A stretch of DNA of 64,000 bases. It comes from Hormiphora californensis (lineage: Eukaryota; Animalia; Ctenophora). The translations under genes were made by a program, and so were the position numbers. Below the pieces are notes generated by a model. It was not told the DNA's origin. It worked only from the letters and a program-made list of their open reading frames with translations, and made no database searches. Where the stretch lies: positions 7,688,001 through 7,752,000 of the forward strand of contig CM035357.1 in assembly GCA_020137815.1 (NCBI GenBank), written 5' to 3'. Position 1 is the stretch's first letter, and each line of letters starts with the position of its first letter. Of the stretch, positions 49,186 to 62,500 are shown piece after piece.

Positions 49186-52100
49186 ATGTCTCACGGGTAA
49201 GTTTATAGTTTCCCATCTTCAGAATTTGTTCTTGACTCGTTTCAACCTCTCCAGGACGTATAACACACAGTGGAATGAGGCCCAGAATCAGATTAAGGAG
49301 CTCCTCGAGTATGAAGGAGCCCCTGAAACTCAGAAACCAGAAGTTGATCGAGTATCAGCATTTCAAACAGTCGCTGTTTTGTACATAAAATACATCCAAG
49401 TATTTCGGAAGCTGGAGGAATGTTATTATCAGATTGTCCACCCTCAAAAGAGAATCGTTCTCCGACATGTCCTTGATGGAACTATGGGAAGGTAATTTGT
49501 GACTCTATCTGTCCTGATTTACCTTACCATATAGTTTATTAGTTTATTGTTATTTCTTTGTTAACCCTGAGCCCGTTTCTAGGTTACTTGAGCTCAAGAA
49601 CGAGATGGTGAACCTGGAGTTCTCAGAGTATCACTTTTTCGACGACGTTCTGTCTGACATGAAGCTAACACCGAGTGACATTGAAATCCCAGTTCCTCGA
49701 TACTTCACACAAGATAATGAAAAGGACATTAAGGATCGAATGAAGTTGATGGCCGAGACTTTAGCTAAATATCGACTGGATGACACAGGAGACAAAAAGG
49801 AGGATACCAAAATGAGTTTAGAAGAGGCTATCAGAATAATTCAGGTTCATGAGAGAGCCCGACAAGGTTGCCTCAGGGCAAAGTTCATGAGAGAAATCAG
49901 AGCTCAAGAGGAAAGAGAGAAGATGCTATCAATGCAGGGAGCTTCCACAATGGATCCAGATGTTGCCTCGACCATCATTCAGAAAGTTTGGAAAGGTTAC
50001 TCTCAGAGGAACAAGACTCTGAAACTAAGGGAAGAGGAACTCATTTTCATAGGAATGCAGGCTACTTCAGATATACCATTCAACCACAAGGATTCACCAA
50101 TGAACAAACTTGCTAAGCGAGAGGTAAAGATAAGTATAATTCATATCAACATTGCTCTCTTTGATTTCCAACTTTTTGGTGTTGTAGTGATACTAACTCT
50201 CATCTCTACAACAGGAGGAGAGGGTATTGATACAGTCACAACACGAGAGAGAGTACCAAGATGCCCTTGTGAACATCAAGGAGAAGATCAGAGAGGCTGA
50301 AGGACCTGATATCAAGGAAAATATGCAGGACCAAATCAGGCAGTGGTTCATCGAGACAAGGTATTTTGGAAATGTGTAGAACGTATTACAGTTTCAAATG
50401 TTGCAGGCTTAGATCTCAGGTGAATATTTGTATTGTAAATTCCAAAGCCTATTTTAATTTAATTTTCTTGACTTCTTGTATCAACTATACAATACCCCCA
50501 GGGATGCAACAGGAAAGTTCCCTGATTATCCATCTGATGATGAGGGAGGTTCAGGAGCAATCTTCAAAACCAAAGAAGGCGAGGGAGAGGGCGATGAGAA
50601 CGGGGAGGGGAGCAAAAAGAAGGGAAAGAAGGGTAAAAAGAAGAAGGGAGAGAAGAAAGAAAAGAAGAAGAAGGGAAAGAAGAAAGGGAAGAAGGGTGAT
50701 AGCGGTGGGGGTGATGAAGAGGAAGGTTTCAAACTCGCACCATCTACTTTCATCCCCGGAATCGACGAGGCTTCTACTAACTATGATGAAATCTGGAAAC
50801 CTCGAGACGAAACAGATAACTTTCAACAGAAATATGATGCAGAACTTATAAAGGAGCTGAAGCGGTAAGCCAGACTTTTAAATCAACACAAAACCCACAC
50901 AAAATCATTATGACAAGACAGATACATAGAAAACGACTGTAACACATAGAAAACGACTGTAACACACAGAACCTGACTGTGACACACAGAACCTGACTGT
51001 GACACACAGAACCTGACTGTGACACACAGAAAATGACTGTGAAATTTCAGTGGGGAGGTTGAAAGTGAAATTCGAGTTCAGGTGGACGATCTGATGCGAC
51101 AGGAACTGAAAAATCTCAAAGCAGTACGTGCACACTTCTGATATATCGGGGGGGGGGGGGGGGGGGGGGGGGCCAACGAATTTTTTATATATTTCCTTAA
51201 TTTTGGAATTTTTTATATATATATAAAAATATATAAAAATATATAAAAATATATAAAAATATATAAAAATATATAAAGTTATATAAATAATATATAAAAA
51301 TATATAAAAATATATAAAATAAACCCTTTTTTCACCCCTTTTACTTTCAAAAAAAGGGGATTATTTCCATCTATTGTTCACTTGAATATGTTTCATAGAG
51401 TTAATTTAAGTGTTTGAAAGGGTGATAGCTGTTTTACATAATTGAGAATGTGTTCAAAAGTGAATTATGCACTGTCAAAAGTAGAACTGGTGAAGAGAGG
51501 TTCCGGCCTAATAATATCTACCAGTTTTGGTGTGATTTCAATCATTTTTTGTATGTTGATCCGTGAATATGTACTAGAACTGGTGAAGAGAGGTTGGGAT
51601 CGCGAAACTAAAAAAACAAATCATTTTTGACGTCATTTTGACGTCATGAAGTTATTGACGCGACGTCACGATGTTACAAACGTCACATTGATGACGGAAA
51701 ATCATCAGGATTATCTAGATGAAGATGCTGACCAAGTTTGAGATCAATTGAATGATATTTGATCCCGCTATGGCGAAAAACAGCTTTCTGTTTTCACACT
51801 TTCGGCACAATTTTTTATATATTTTTATATATTTTTTATATATTTTTATATATTTTTATATATTCATATGTATTTTTATATATTTTTATATATTTTATAT
51901 ATATATAAAAAATTATGTTTTTTTTTCCAAAAAAAAGTATATAAAATATATAAAAATATATAAAAAATGAGCGTTGCCCCCCCCCCCCCCCCCCCCGATA
52001 TCTCATTGTCTCATTACTTTCCTTTCTTTTGGGTCTCTTTAGTCCCTCTCACCTTTAGCTCTTTGTTCTGATGCTAAGTTCAGCTATCGATGGAGATTTT

Positions 52101-55100
52101 TATCAGGGATTTAAAATTTACACCCACCCGGACACCTATCACTCACAAACAACAAATACCCACAGAACACAACTATCGTCTGTACAAACGTTTGTAACAA
52201 AATCACTCACTTTAAACACGTTACACACTGACTACTCACAAACAGCCATTAAACAATCACACCCTTCACTCACTATCACACCCATATCACACCCACATCA
52301 CACCCACATCACACCCATATCACACCCTTCACTCACTATCACACCCATATCACACCCAGAGTAGAGGTGGAGCAGGAAGTGCGAACTCTGGTGGATCAGC
52401 AGATGAGAGATGAGCTGAAACTTCTAAAAGAAGTGAGAACAAACATCCCTCCCTTCTTGTTTCTAGTTTCTGACTTCATACCCTCAGGCGATCGAGAGAG
52501 ATAAGGGTAAAAAGGGAAAGAAAGGAAAGAAATCTGGCAAAAAGAAGGTAACAATTATTCAAATTGATTATTAATTGCCTCCATTATATCCGTTAGGCGT
52601 TACAAAAAGACGCAGGGAAAAAGGGAGGCAAAGGGTCAGCCAAGAAGAAGGTAGCTTCACAAAGCAAAGTGCTGATGTGAAGCAACAATACGTCCCATTT
52701 CCGCATAAAATCCCCAAATCTTTAATCCAAATGCTATCATCTTGTACCCAAGCAAGCAGGCTAAACTATTACTACTAGTAGTAGAAGGCTAAACTGTGTT
52801 TGTAAATCGTTGTGAAGCTATGCAGCCACAAACTGGGTAATGGGGGTAGTAGTGTCTTCATCGGTCTCTGATAGCTTGCTTTGTGAGTCTAGGGCAAGAA
52901 AAAGAAGGGTGGAAAAAAAGGGAAGAAAGGTAAAAAGGGGAAGAAAGGGAAGAAATCGAAAGATCTGACGGCGGGAAAGTAAGTTTTGTTCGAATGTTCG
53001 GATAATATCTTGCACTGTGCTAGCCGTGTAGATTAGTGCAATCTCAGTGCAATGTAATGTGTAATGATTCTCTGTGCAGCTGAAAAATTGGGAGTTGCTG
53101 ACTGTTACAATCTTTAAATCTTGTTACAATCTCTGATTCTTTTGCATGTTACAATTCGCATGACTGATTGAGTTTTAGGGCAAGAAAAAGGATAAGAAAG
53201 GAGGCAAAAAAGGAAAGAAAGAAAAGGATCTGACACCTGACAGGTCTGCATGATTTTAATTCTCGCTGTGATCTGCATGTTTTGATTTTCGTCCAATTCT
53301 TAACTTAACAAACCTATTTCACTAAATTGTATCTTTTGTTCAGAACCATTGAGAGTCTTTATGAAGAGTTGGTGAAAGAGGGAATACTGGTTCAGTATCC
53401 AAAAGTAAAGGTTTCAGACTTCATGGGAGAATACAGGTACCATTTTCCATCTCAATAAATTAGTAAATTACTACGAGTCTTCCACTTTACACAAACATTA
53501 TAATATCTTTTATTTTACTTGCTGTTTAACTATCGCTTTCCTCTCTCTCCAGTTATTTAGGCACAACACTGAGACAGGCGAATATAGAGCCTATGCCTTC
53601 ACTGGCAGATGTAAGACGAGTAACGACAGAGTATGGAATTCTCCCCATGGGTAGGTAGAAGGGAGTGAAACAGTGTTTTAGTTGGCGTTAAAAACTATAT
53701 TTCTAGTTGTATCTGAAGTTTTAACTTGCCAACTAAAATATCCCCTGCAGGCTCTCAAACGGTTCACGAGACTTCCCCGTTCATCAAATCACTGCTAATA
53801 GCCGGCCCACATGGCACTGGTAAGAGGATGTTGGTTAATGCTATCTGTTCAGAACTTGGGGCGAACCTTATGGACCTTACCGCTGAAAATATCTGTGGAA
53901 AATACCCAGGTAAATACTTATCGATAATTATTCAATATTGTTCCAGTCATCCCTTATAGGTAATTTTCTAACGAACAATTCATACTTCTAACCCCCATTT
54001 TCTCCCCAGGAAAGGCCGGTTTAACAATGTTGTTGCATCTTGTTATGAAAGTGGGCAAGTTACTCCAACCCACTATTGTCTACATTGGAAATGCAGAGAA
54101 AACATTCATCAAGAAAGTCCCGAAGAACGATATGAGTGATCCCAAGAGATTGAAAAAGGAGCTCCCTAAGATCATCAAGAAGATGACTGCTGAGGACAGA
54201 ATCATGTTCATTGGAACTTCTCTCACTCCATGGGATATCCTTTTTATGCTGGGACAAACTAACATGACAAACAGAAAATACAAACACTGTGACAAACATG
54301 ACAGACTTGCAACACTGATATTGATCTCAGTTTGTAAAACTGTAACGCGCGAGGCGATGGTTGAGTGAAAAGTACCTCTGTTATGGCGCGCGTAGGCAGT
54401 AGTTGCTATGGGAATCAGTGCTCGAACAAACTGACAAGCAACACAAACTCAGTGTACAAATACACACACGATAACATGCACGTTTTATTCCTTAACTCCA
54501 AATTATACATGGTGACGTAAAAGGGATGTGTCAGGTATACCAGAAGATTGTGTTGATCCCCAGACCCGACTATGCCTCGAGATACTGTAAGTTATAAACA
54601 AGGCAATGTTCAGAGTTCAGACTTCACTGATAATGAGATATCCCAGGCTAGATTATATTCAATTTCTCTTCCAGTGCTATTCAAGGAAGTGATACTAAGA
54701 ATGGGAGGTAGACTGTCAGCTACCCTAGACCTCAGTTCCCTTGCCAAGATCTCAGATGGGTACACACCGGGACACATTGTTAGCGCTGTTAAACACGTTC
54801 TAACTGAACGGAGAGTCCAACAGGTAAACAACCCCACGCCTTCCTCTCTCTCACTCTCAGTACCCTCTCATCACGACTCCCCAGAACACAGCATCTTGCC
54901 ATCTTAGAGCTAAGATCTGAGATGTAAGAGTGTACAACTCGACCTCCTACTCACCCCCTTCTCTCCCCCATTAGTTGGCAAGAAAACCCCTGACTGCTGC
55001 TGAGTTTGTAACCCCCCTGGCTAGAGTTGACCCTATTTACAAGGAGGAAGAAGAACAATTCAAGGTATACTTTGCACCTGTTTATTTGTTAATTTGTTCA

Positions 55101-55868
55101 GGGTCTTCCGGAAATAATCACGTAAATTTAAAAGACGTTGTAGGTCAGAGCTACAGGCCACAGCCAACAAAAGAGAAAGGGAGAGGCCAAGGGACATCTT
55201 AGAAAGGGCTGTTGCGTCTTTACTTTTTAGAATAAATAAAGAGATGAGATTATAAGAATTAAGAAAGGGTAGATTAAGTCCCAGGTATACTTGTGAGGTT
55301 AATGTGGTATTGGTGGTTGTGAACAGCTCCCCCGTGTCTTCTAGGCGTTCTATGACAAGACTACACTGGGTAAAAAGAGGCAGGAGCTTCTGAAAAGCGA
55401 GGCAGAAGGATAAATGTAAATCAAACAGAGCGCCCCTGCCCCCTCATTCATTGTGTAGCACCTCTCGCGTAGATTTGAAATTAATAAATCCAACTTGAGC
55501 ATTGAAAGGCCCATTACTCATAACTTTCTTGCCCACACCTTCTGTAAAATTAGAGTGAGGCATAATGATTATACCCAAAACCACCAAATTAAGCACACTC
55601 AGATAGTTAGTTCTTACTCCCTTATTTTTCCTTTGAAAACATACTTCTTACTTAGCACATCTCCCTGTATATTTGTTTCCTATTTCTCACTATCTTCCCC
55701 CGCCCAGAAATGGTACGCCAAGACCCCCCTCGGGAAGAAGAGAGCTAAGCTGAAGGCGGAGGATGAGGAAGGAGAGGGTGGAGGCAAGGGTGGAAAGGGT
55801 GCCAAGGGAGGAAAAAGAAAGGAAAGGGAAAGAAGAAGGGTAAAGGAAAAAAGAAAAAGGGGAAGTGA
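49186..55868 (+). CDS. IQCA1: IQ and AAA domain protein 1 / dynein regulatory complex subunit 11
   Basis: [31 protein letters not shown] motif [34 protein letters not shown] Walker [48 protein letters not shown]. Confidence 0.95.
50920..51040. repeat. 20-bp intronic minisatellite
   Basis: Units acacacagaacctgactgtg. Confidence 0.85.
51148..51996. mobile_element. MITE with poly-G/poly-C ends and (atatataaaa)n subterminal arrays
   Basis: G-run+caacg and cgttg+C-run ends; flanks gatatatc / gatatctc (imperfect 8-bp TSD). Confidence 0.7.
54235..54508 (+). other. U12-type (minor spliceosome) AT-AC intron in IQCA1
   Basis: 5' ATATCCTTT, branch site TTCCTTAAC at 54488-54496, 3' AC; splicing restores PW-DGDVKGMC. 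Confidence 0.92.
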
Positions 55869-56502
55869 ACTGTGATTTTAAGAGAGTTCCTGTTCAGAAT
55901 ATTTTATAGATATTATGTTGAGTGTAAGATATGTAGACTGAATTGATTTTCTACCTTCTCCCGTGAGAACCAAAAAGTCTCCCGTTTTACGAAACTATAC
56001 AAAACCCCACACACATATCGGATACCCTCGACAAGATCCAGGGCCATGCTGATCTCGAACGCTTCCGGAACTGTCATAGCATTGGCCTGACCCTATTCTC
56101 TAGTGCGTGTGAGAACCGTGGTCAGAGCATTGGCCTGACAGTTCCGGAAGCTGTGTGTGTGGGATTTTCTAGCATTGAAACTCGAATATTTTGGAAAGGG
56201 ATCTCTTCAAAAAACGAAGAATACATTTACACCACTACTTATCTGAAGATTCACACGTCTGGTAGGTAGGACTGAGAGTTCACTATGCACATTGCACTCT
56301 AATATACTGTAGAGGGGTATTTACACACACAAGAGTATTTTATATGAACATCATGTCAGGATTCTATTGGTACACAGTACTACTAAGAAATGAGGTCCTT
56401 ATAATAAAGTCGCAGGGGTCTTAGAACTGTCTCTATCGCAGGGTTTTAGAATTGTCTCTCTCTCGGCTGATATATTGATCAACTTTTCACACGGCGATTA
56501 GT

Positions 56503-59500
56503 TTAGCCAGCTGACTTGTTAAGATTGTAGTAGACCCCCTTCTTGGCCAATAGCTCCTTGTGTTGTCCCCATCTCAACAACAGCACCTTCTTGAATCACA
56601 CAAATCAGATCAGCGTTCTTGATGGTGGATAGTCGATGGGCAATCACCAGACTTGTTCGGCCCTCTCGTGCCTTGTCCAGGGCTTCTTGGACCACCTACA
56701 TAGGATAGTATTTGGTCAGTATAGGATAGTATTTGGTGAGGGGTCTGCAGTTTTATTCAGTGGTAGTTGTTGACTGTTGAGTGAAACTTATAGGATTTTG
56801 AAACTTACCTTCTCACTCTCTGTATCAAGGGCACTGGTCGCCTCATCAAGAAGGAGAATCTTAGGATTACGGACGAGAGCCCGGGCAATGGCTATCCTCT
56901 GTTTCTGGCCACCAGACAGTTGCGTTCCCTTCTCCCCGACTCGGGTCTTGTAGCCCTGTAGAAACATATTATTGAATATCCTGCATACAGTTAGGGAGAA
57001 GAAAGGGGTAGTACTTGTTAAGTAACAACAAGGTTATATTAAGTACTTACATCAGGCAGAGATAAGATAAAGTTGTTGATGTTTGCTGCTATAGCAGCCT
57101 TCTTTACTTCGTCTTCAGACACTTTTCGGTGGAGTGCACCATATCTGATATTCTCTGGGAGAGTGGGGGAGGGGGATTAGTTTTCTGTGATCCAGCAATG
57201 TACTGGTAATCATGGGACGAAGATTTGACTCCCTCCCCTCGGATAGTATATAGGGATTAGAGGCCCTTTATCTAAAGGTTAACCACAGTACCTTCAATTG
57301 AGTAATCGAATAGAACAGGTTCCTGAGACACAAGACCCATCTGTTGCCGGAGATGGGCCACATTGATACCCTTCAAATCCTGTCCGTCCACAGACTAAGG
57401 GGCAGTACTTTATTAGTTACACGATATTGTTACATCTAGACAAGTATTGAAAGAGGGAGGGGTAATAACTTACCACGACACCTTCCAGCACATCGTAGAA
57501 TCTCTGTGTCAGTTGGACGGATGTTGATTTCCCACACCCACTCTGCCCAACTAGTGCAATGGTCTTACCAACGTCAATATTGAATGATAGACCTGTATTT
57601 GGTGGATATGTTAGGGATCGATCAATTTACTGAAAGAGTAGCAAAGAATCAGAAGTGAGACGAGTCTTCGCATAATTCAAGGAACTCACCTTGCAGTACT
57701 TTAACGTCAGGTCGTGTAGGGTAGTCAAATCGGACATTATCGAAACCTAGTGCTCCCCTTATCTCAGGCTAAAATAAGGATTAGACTTTAAAGTGTGTTC
57801 TAAATAGAACACCGCGTTGCTATGGAATCAATCTAAGTATTCAAGCGGCAATCGATCCAATACCGTACGTGACAGATGAATTGTTGCGCGCTCGATAATT
57901 CTGAGATGTCATCGCGCGTTACAACTAAATCCAGGCAAGCGGCAAGCTGTGCTTGTACAGAGAGATACGTCACGCGGGAGGTACAGAGGAGGTACCACGT
58001 ACGGCTTTTCGACACATTCCCTCTCTCTCTCTCTCTCTCTCTATATAGATCTGTACCTTGCTTCCTTCAGTTGAGTAAGCATCAATTGGTGGCTCACTAT
58101 TGATAAGCTGGAAGATCTTGAAAGCGCTATGTTTCGCTTTGCTATAATCGGGTAGCAGGGACATAGTCTGTCCAATAGTCATTGCAGCAAACACAATACC
58201 AGAAAATACCCTGAGAGGGGGAGAGAGTGTTAGATAATTAACATGGACAGAGTATTGAGCGAGAGATCACAGATGTTAGTCGGTGTTAGTCCCACACTTT
58301 AAACTTTAGACACTTGAACGATTCAAGGGTACCGGATGCATGGAGATCAATTGATAGCTAAAACATGACCATATAAGGCAATAAAAAGAAGTCTATAATC
58401 TCAGCGGATTTTCTTTGTACTCACTTCATCACTTCCTCAAATTTAAGGCCTTCTTTATTCATCAAATAGCTACCATAGTAAAACACTCCAGCATAGGTAA
58501 GGAAGATGGCTGCCTCTGCAAGACCCATTGAAATCCCAGTTAAGTGGGCCTGTCTCCGATACTTCCTGGGAAGGAACTGTAAAGCAGATATACGGATAAG
58601 ACACAAAGAGAGAAGATAGTAACTAAAACCACAACGTACTGGGCAGGGTACTTGAGAGAATCCTTGTATTTCTTGATAAAGACATCCTCCAAATTAAGGG
58701 ATGCTACTGTCCTCATGTTCTCAATACTTTCACTGGCTGTCTTCCCTGCCTCTTCGTATATCTTCTTCATCTTTCCCATAGTACCAGCAAGCTGGAGCAT
58801 CTGTACACTGCCTATAACACGGCGAGGGAGAGGGGTGGTGAACTAGTAGAAAGTGAACCTATACACATTGTAAAATTTTGAGATATAATATAATTCTTTA
58901 GGTAGCACTGCTTGTACAACTTATAACACTGGGCAGTGTTATAAGTTTTTACTTATAACACTGGGCAGTGTTATAAGTTTTCACTTATAACACCCCCCAG
59001 TGATACATGAAAACTTATAACACTGCTGCACTTCGAACTTCACTGTTTCTGTCACGTTTAAAAACCGTTAGAAAGATAAACGTGTACGAACTCCCTCTCT
59101 CTCTTTCTTTATGTCACACTCTCACGCCCTTGCAGCATCGAGATCAAGATAACGGTTACGAACTCCCGGACCCACACATTCTTTATCTCTCTCACTCTCA
59201 CTAATCTCTCACTCTCTTTACCTATCTCAGGCGTTATCTTATCTTATACTGATTTCTCTGCCTGCTACCTTATCATGAATTTGTTCTATTGTTACGCCCT
59301 AAAGTGTCTCTCACTCTTGTTTAAAAAATTTTACAATGCAATTTTATTATGCCTGTTTTCGTTGTACCTGACGTCAACAATAATGTCCCAGATTCGTACA
59401 CTTTTAGACCTCGCAGGCTCGGTCAAAAAGTAAAACTACATCACTCGCAGGCTCGTGAGGTAGTCACACTTAGTGGCACTCGCAGGCTCGTGCACTAAAG

Positions 59501-62500
59501 TACAAGAATCTGCCTCGACCTGTGGTCTCGGATCATTATTGTTGCACTTATAACACTCGACCTTCGGTCTCGTGTTATAAGTTTTCAGGTACAACTTATA
59601 GGCATAATAAAATCCTACAGTGCCACACGGGGTAGAATGCGTGTTATCCTGGTACAAGGTAGATTCAGATCTATGTAATATGTGATAATGTTATATGTGT
59701 AAGTGTTGTATGATACCTGCTGCCGCGACGAAAGGAATACAGGCCAGAGTCACCAGAGATAACTTCCAACTAGCAGAGAATGCTATACCAATACCAACAC
59801 CAAGTCCCACGACATTCTGGGTTACAGATCCAATCCTCACACCTATAGAATGCAGTAGTTTTCACTGCTTACCACAAAAAATTAGGGAGATCTAGTCGTG
59901 ATTATTATGATTTTATAGAGTCTGATTTCCAATCAAATCTCCGTACCTGTTGCACCCTGCATATTGCTGGCATCTGTAGCTAGACGTGTAGTTAGGGCTC
60001 CTACAGAGTTATCAGCCTTATCGTAAAACTCAATATTCTGGGGGGGGGGGGGGGGGTAAATAAACAATTCAATAAACAATTTGTTAGTTCTGACTCCTTG
60101 TTAATTGTATTCTCTGAATTGTTCCCCCCCCCCCCTGCATGCCTCATTGTATAATTGTTACTATCATTCCTTTATTATTGTGACATCACTTTGGTATAAT
60201 AATTGAGTTTGGGCTGCTGACAAATACAATTAGTAATTTGAGCCCTCGATTCTACAACAGGCCACAGGGGCCAGGTTAGATCACCCCCCACCCCCCCCCC
60301 CATACAAGAAAATACAGGGGGATGAGATCATGCAGGGTGATGATCTAAGAGGTACCAACTAAACCAATGATGTAACCAAATAGTTGCTAAGTTTGCCAGC
60401 TATCATAATAGAGGAGGAGTAACCCAGTTATAGCTAATAATAGACCCGATAGAATATCAATATAACTCACCTGTCTAAGAAGGGCCTTGAATGATTTGCT
60501 TCTCATTCTGCAGGTGAAGGAAACACCACTCAATGTCATGAAGTGTATTTGTAGGAAGTTAGACAATCCAGATACCAATCCTGATATAGGGACAATTATA
60601 AAAACCTGATTATAACTTAATAACTAGTCAACTAATTAGTAATTAACTATTGGTGTTATTTTATCCTACCTGTAATAGCGAAGTACATGGCCCACTTGTT
60701 AGTTTCACTATAATCAACTTCAATGTCCTCGCCTGCTTCTATTCTGAGCCACTGGTCGTATATTTTAGCCAGGGCACCGATAACCTCAGAGAACAGAACA
60801 GCGAATACAGGCATTGTAGCTCCATTGATGGCCGCACCAAATGTTCCTGAATAGACAGATAGTACATTGGTTACCTAGACAGTCTAGGCTACACTTGCAG
60901 ACTCCATTGTGTATACTTGGGGAGGGATATGACTATTATTATCATGGGGTTTGTATCATATTAGACCTGTTAGAATACAGAGGTTTTCGTATGCGCTGTT
61001 CTTCCTCATAATTTGGAAGAAAGATGCCATCTCACTCTCATCAATCTTTTTATCTTCTTCATCTTCCTCCTCCTTCTTCTTAGCTGCATCCTGTAGAAGT
61101 AGATGTTTATATTTTATATGACTGGCGTTTACCAAGACCGGGAAAAGGAACAACTGGGGATCCACTAATTTTTCCGTCCTAAGGAGAAGAAAAAGATGTC
61201 TAAACTTACCATTTTACTTTTCTTTATAGAAAGTTGAGATTCCAGTTTCTTCACAGACGACTGAAACATAATTACAAGTTACAACCTTGGATAAACACTT
61301 GGTGAATGGTGTCGCTTGCTCTAATTCTGCCTAATTTAAAAAAGGGCCACCGCGTAGTCTGGGCCTAGTCCGTGTAGCTATGTTTAAAACGAATCCCTAA
61401 TGATCGTAGCTGGCTATAATAAACATATAGCGCTCTGAGACACCCCAAATACTTTGAGGGCGAGCCAGTGGCTCGGAGCCACACAACTCCCATCATCCCT
61501 GATCCCTGCAGTGCTGTTTTTAAATGATAGCATTTAAATAATGAATACAAGCCTGGTGGAAATCTGAATTACTTTCCCTAGTTCCGAGCAGCTAGCGGCT
61601 ATGTGGGTCATTTTCCCATAAGTATGCTGATAATTATGCTAATTAATCTTACCGGCGTGTTTACGTCACTGGGTGTCAAATCACCACCCTAATAATTAAT
61701 ATATAGTGGGAAATAGAAAACAGACCCCATATAATAATAATGATAACCCTAGAGACTTACATTTCGTCGGACCAGGCTTCCTGAGGAGGCCTTGCCAACA
61801 ATATCTTCATAGCTGGGCAGTATGCTTAGATTGGAGTCCGCACCCTGCATGGGAAATAGTAATTAGATACAGAGAGAGGGGGAAGATAGAGAGAGAATGG
61901 AAAGGAAAGTAGTTGGAAGGCAGCCCCGGTATTATAGTACGTAGGGTATACAGTTCTGATTCGTGGTAAATTAAAATCCAGAAACAATAAAATTATCCAG
62001 CGAGTTAGTGGTATGATTCAGGGATATTTTAAGAAGTGATAGCAAGTATTATTAATAAAAGGCGCACAACAGAAATTATAGCGGATTATAGCTTGGTACA
62101 GCCTACCAGTGATAGAGACATATCTTCAGGGACCTGTAATTTACACTTATTTATAAACTACCTTGTACTTTACAAGCATTGTAAAGACTTGATGTGTATT
62201 TATAGGTGTTTTGTAAAAGGTAGTAGTTGTATAAAGACCAGGAAGTGCTGGGTACATGGGCAGAACTCTCACACACGTGCCTCTACACTCTACATACTCT
62301 ACTCTGCCTATTCTGTAATTCCCCTCATGTCTCTACATCATTATATATCTACACCGGACACCTCTCTATCACCCCTCTCTCCCTCCCCCTAGACTCCACT
62401 ACACTCCACTAAATCTCCCCTCTACATCTCTCTACATCCCACTACAATACCCCCTGCAGTACCTCGACAGCAGATGCCTGGTAGGTGACCAGTGTATGGT

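Noticed and set aside
55144-55235. Possible third IQCA1 terminal exon
   Set aside because: No similarity to the Y.KT.LGKKR motif shared by the two credible last exons.
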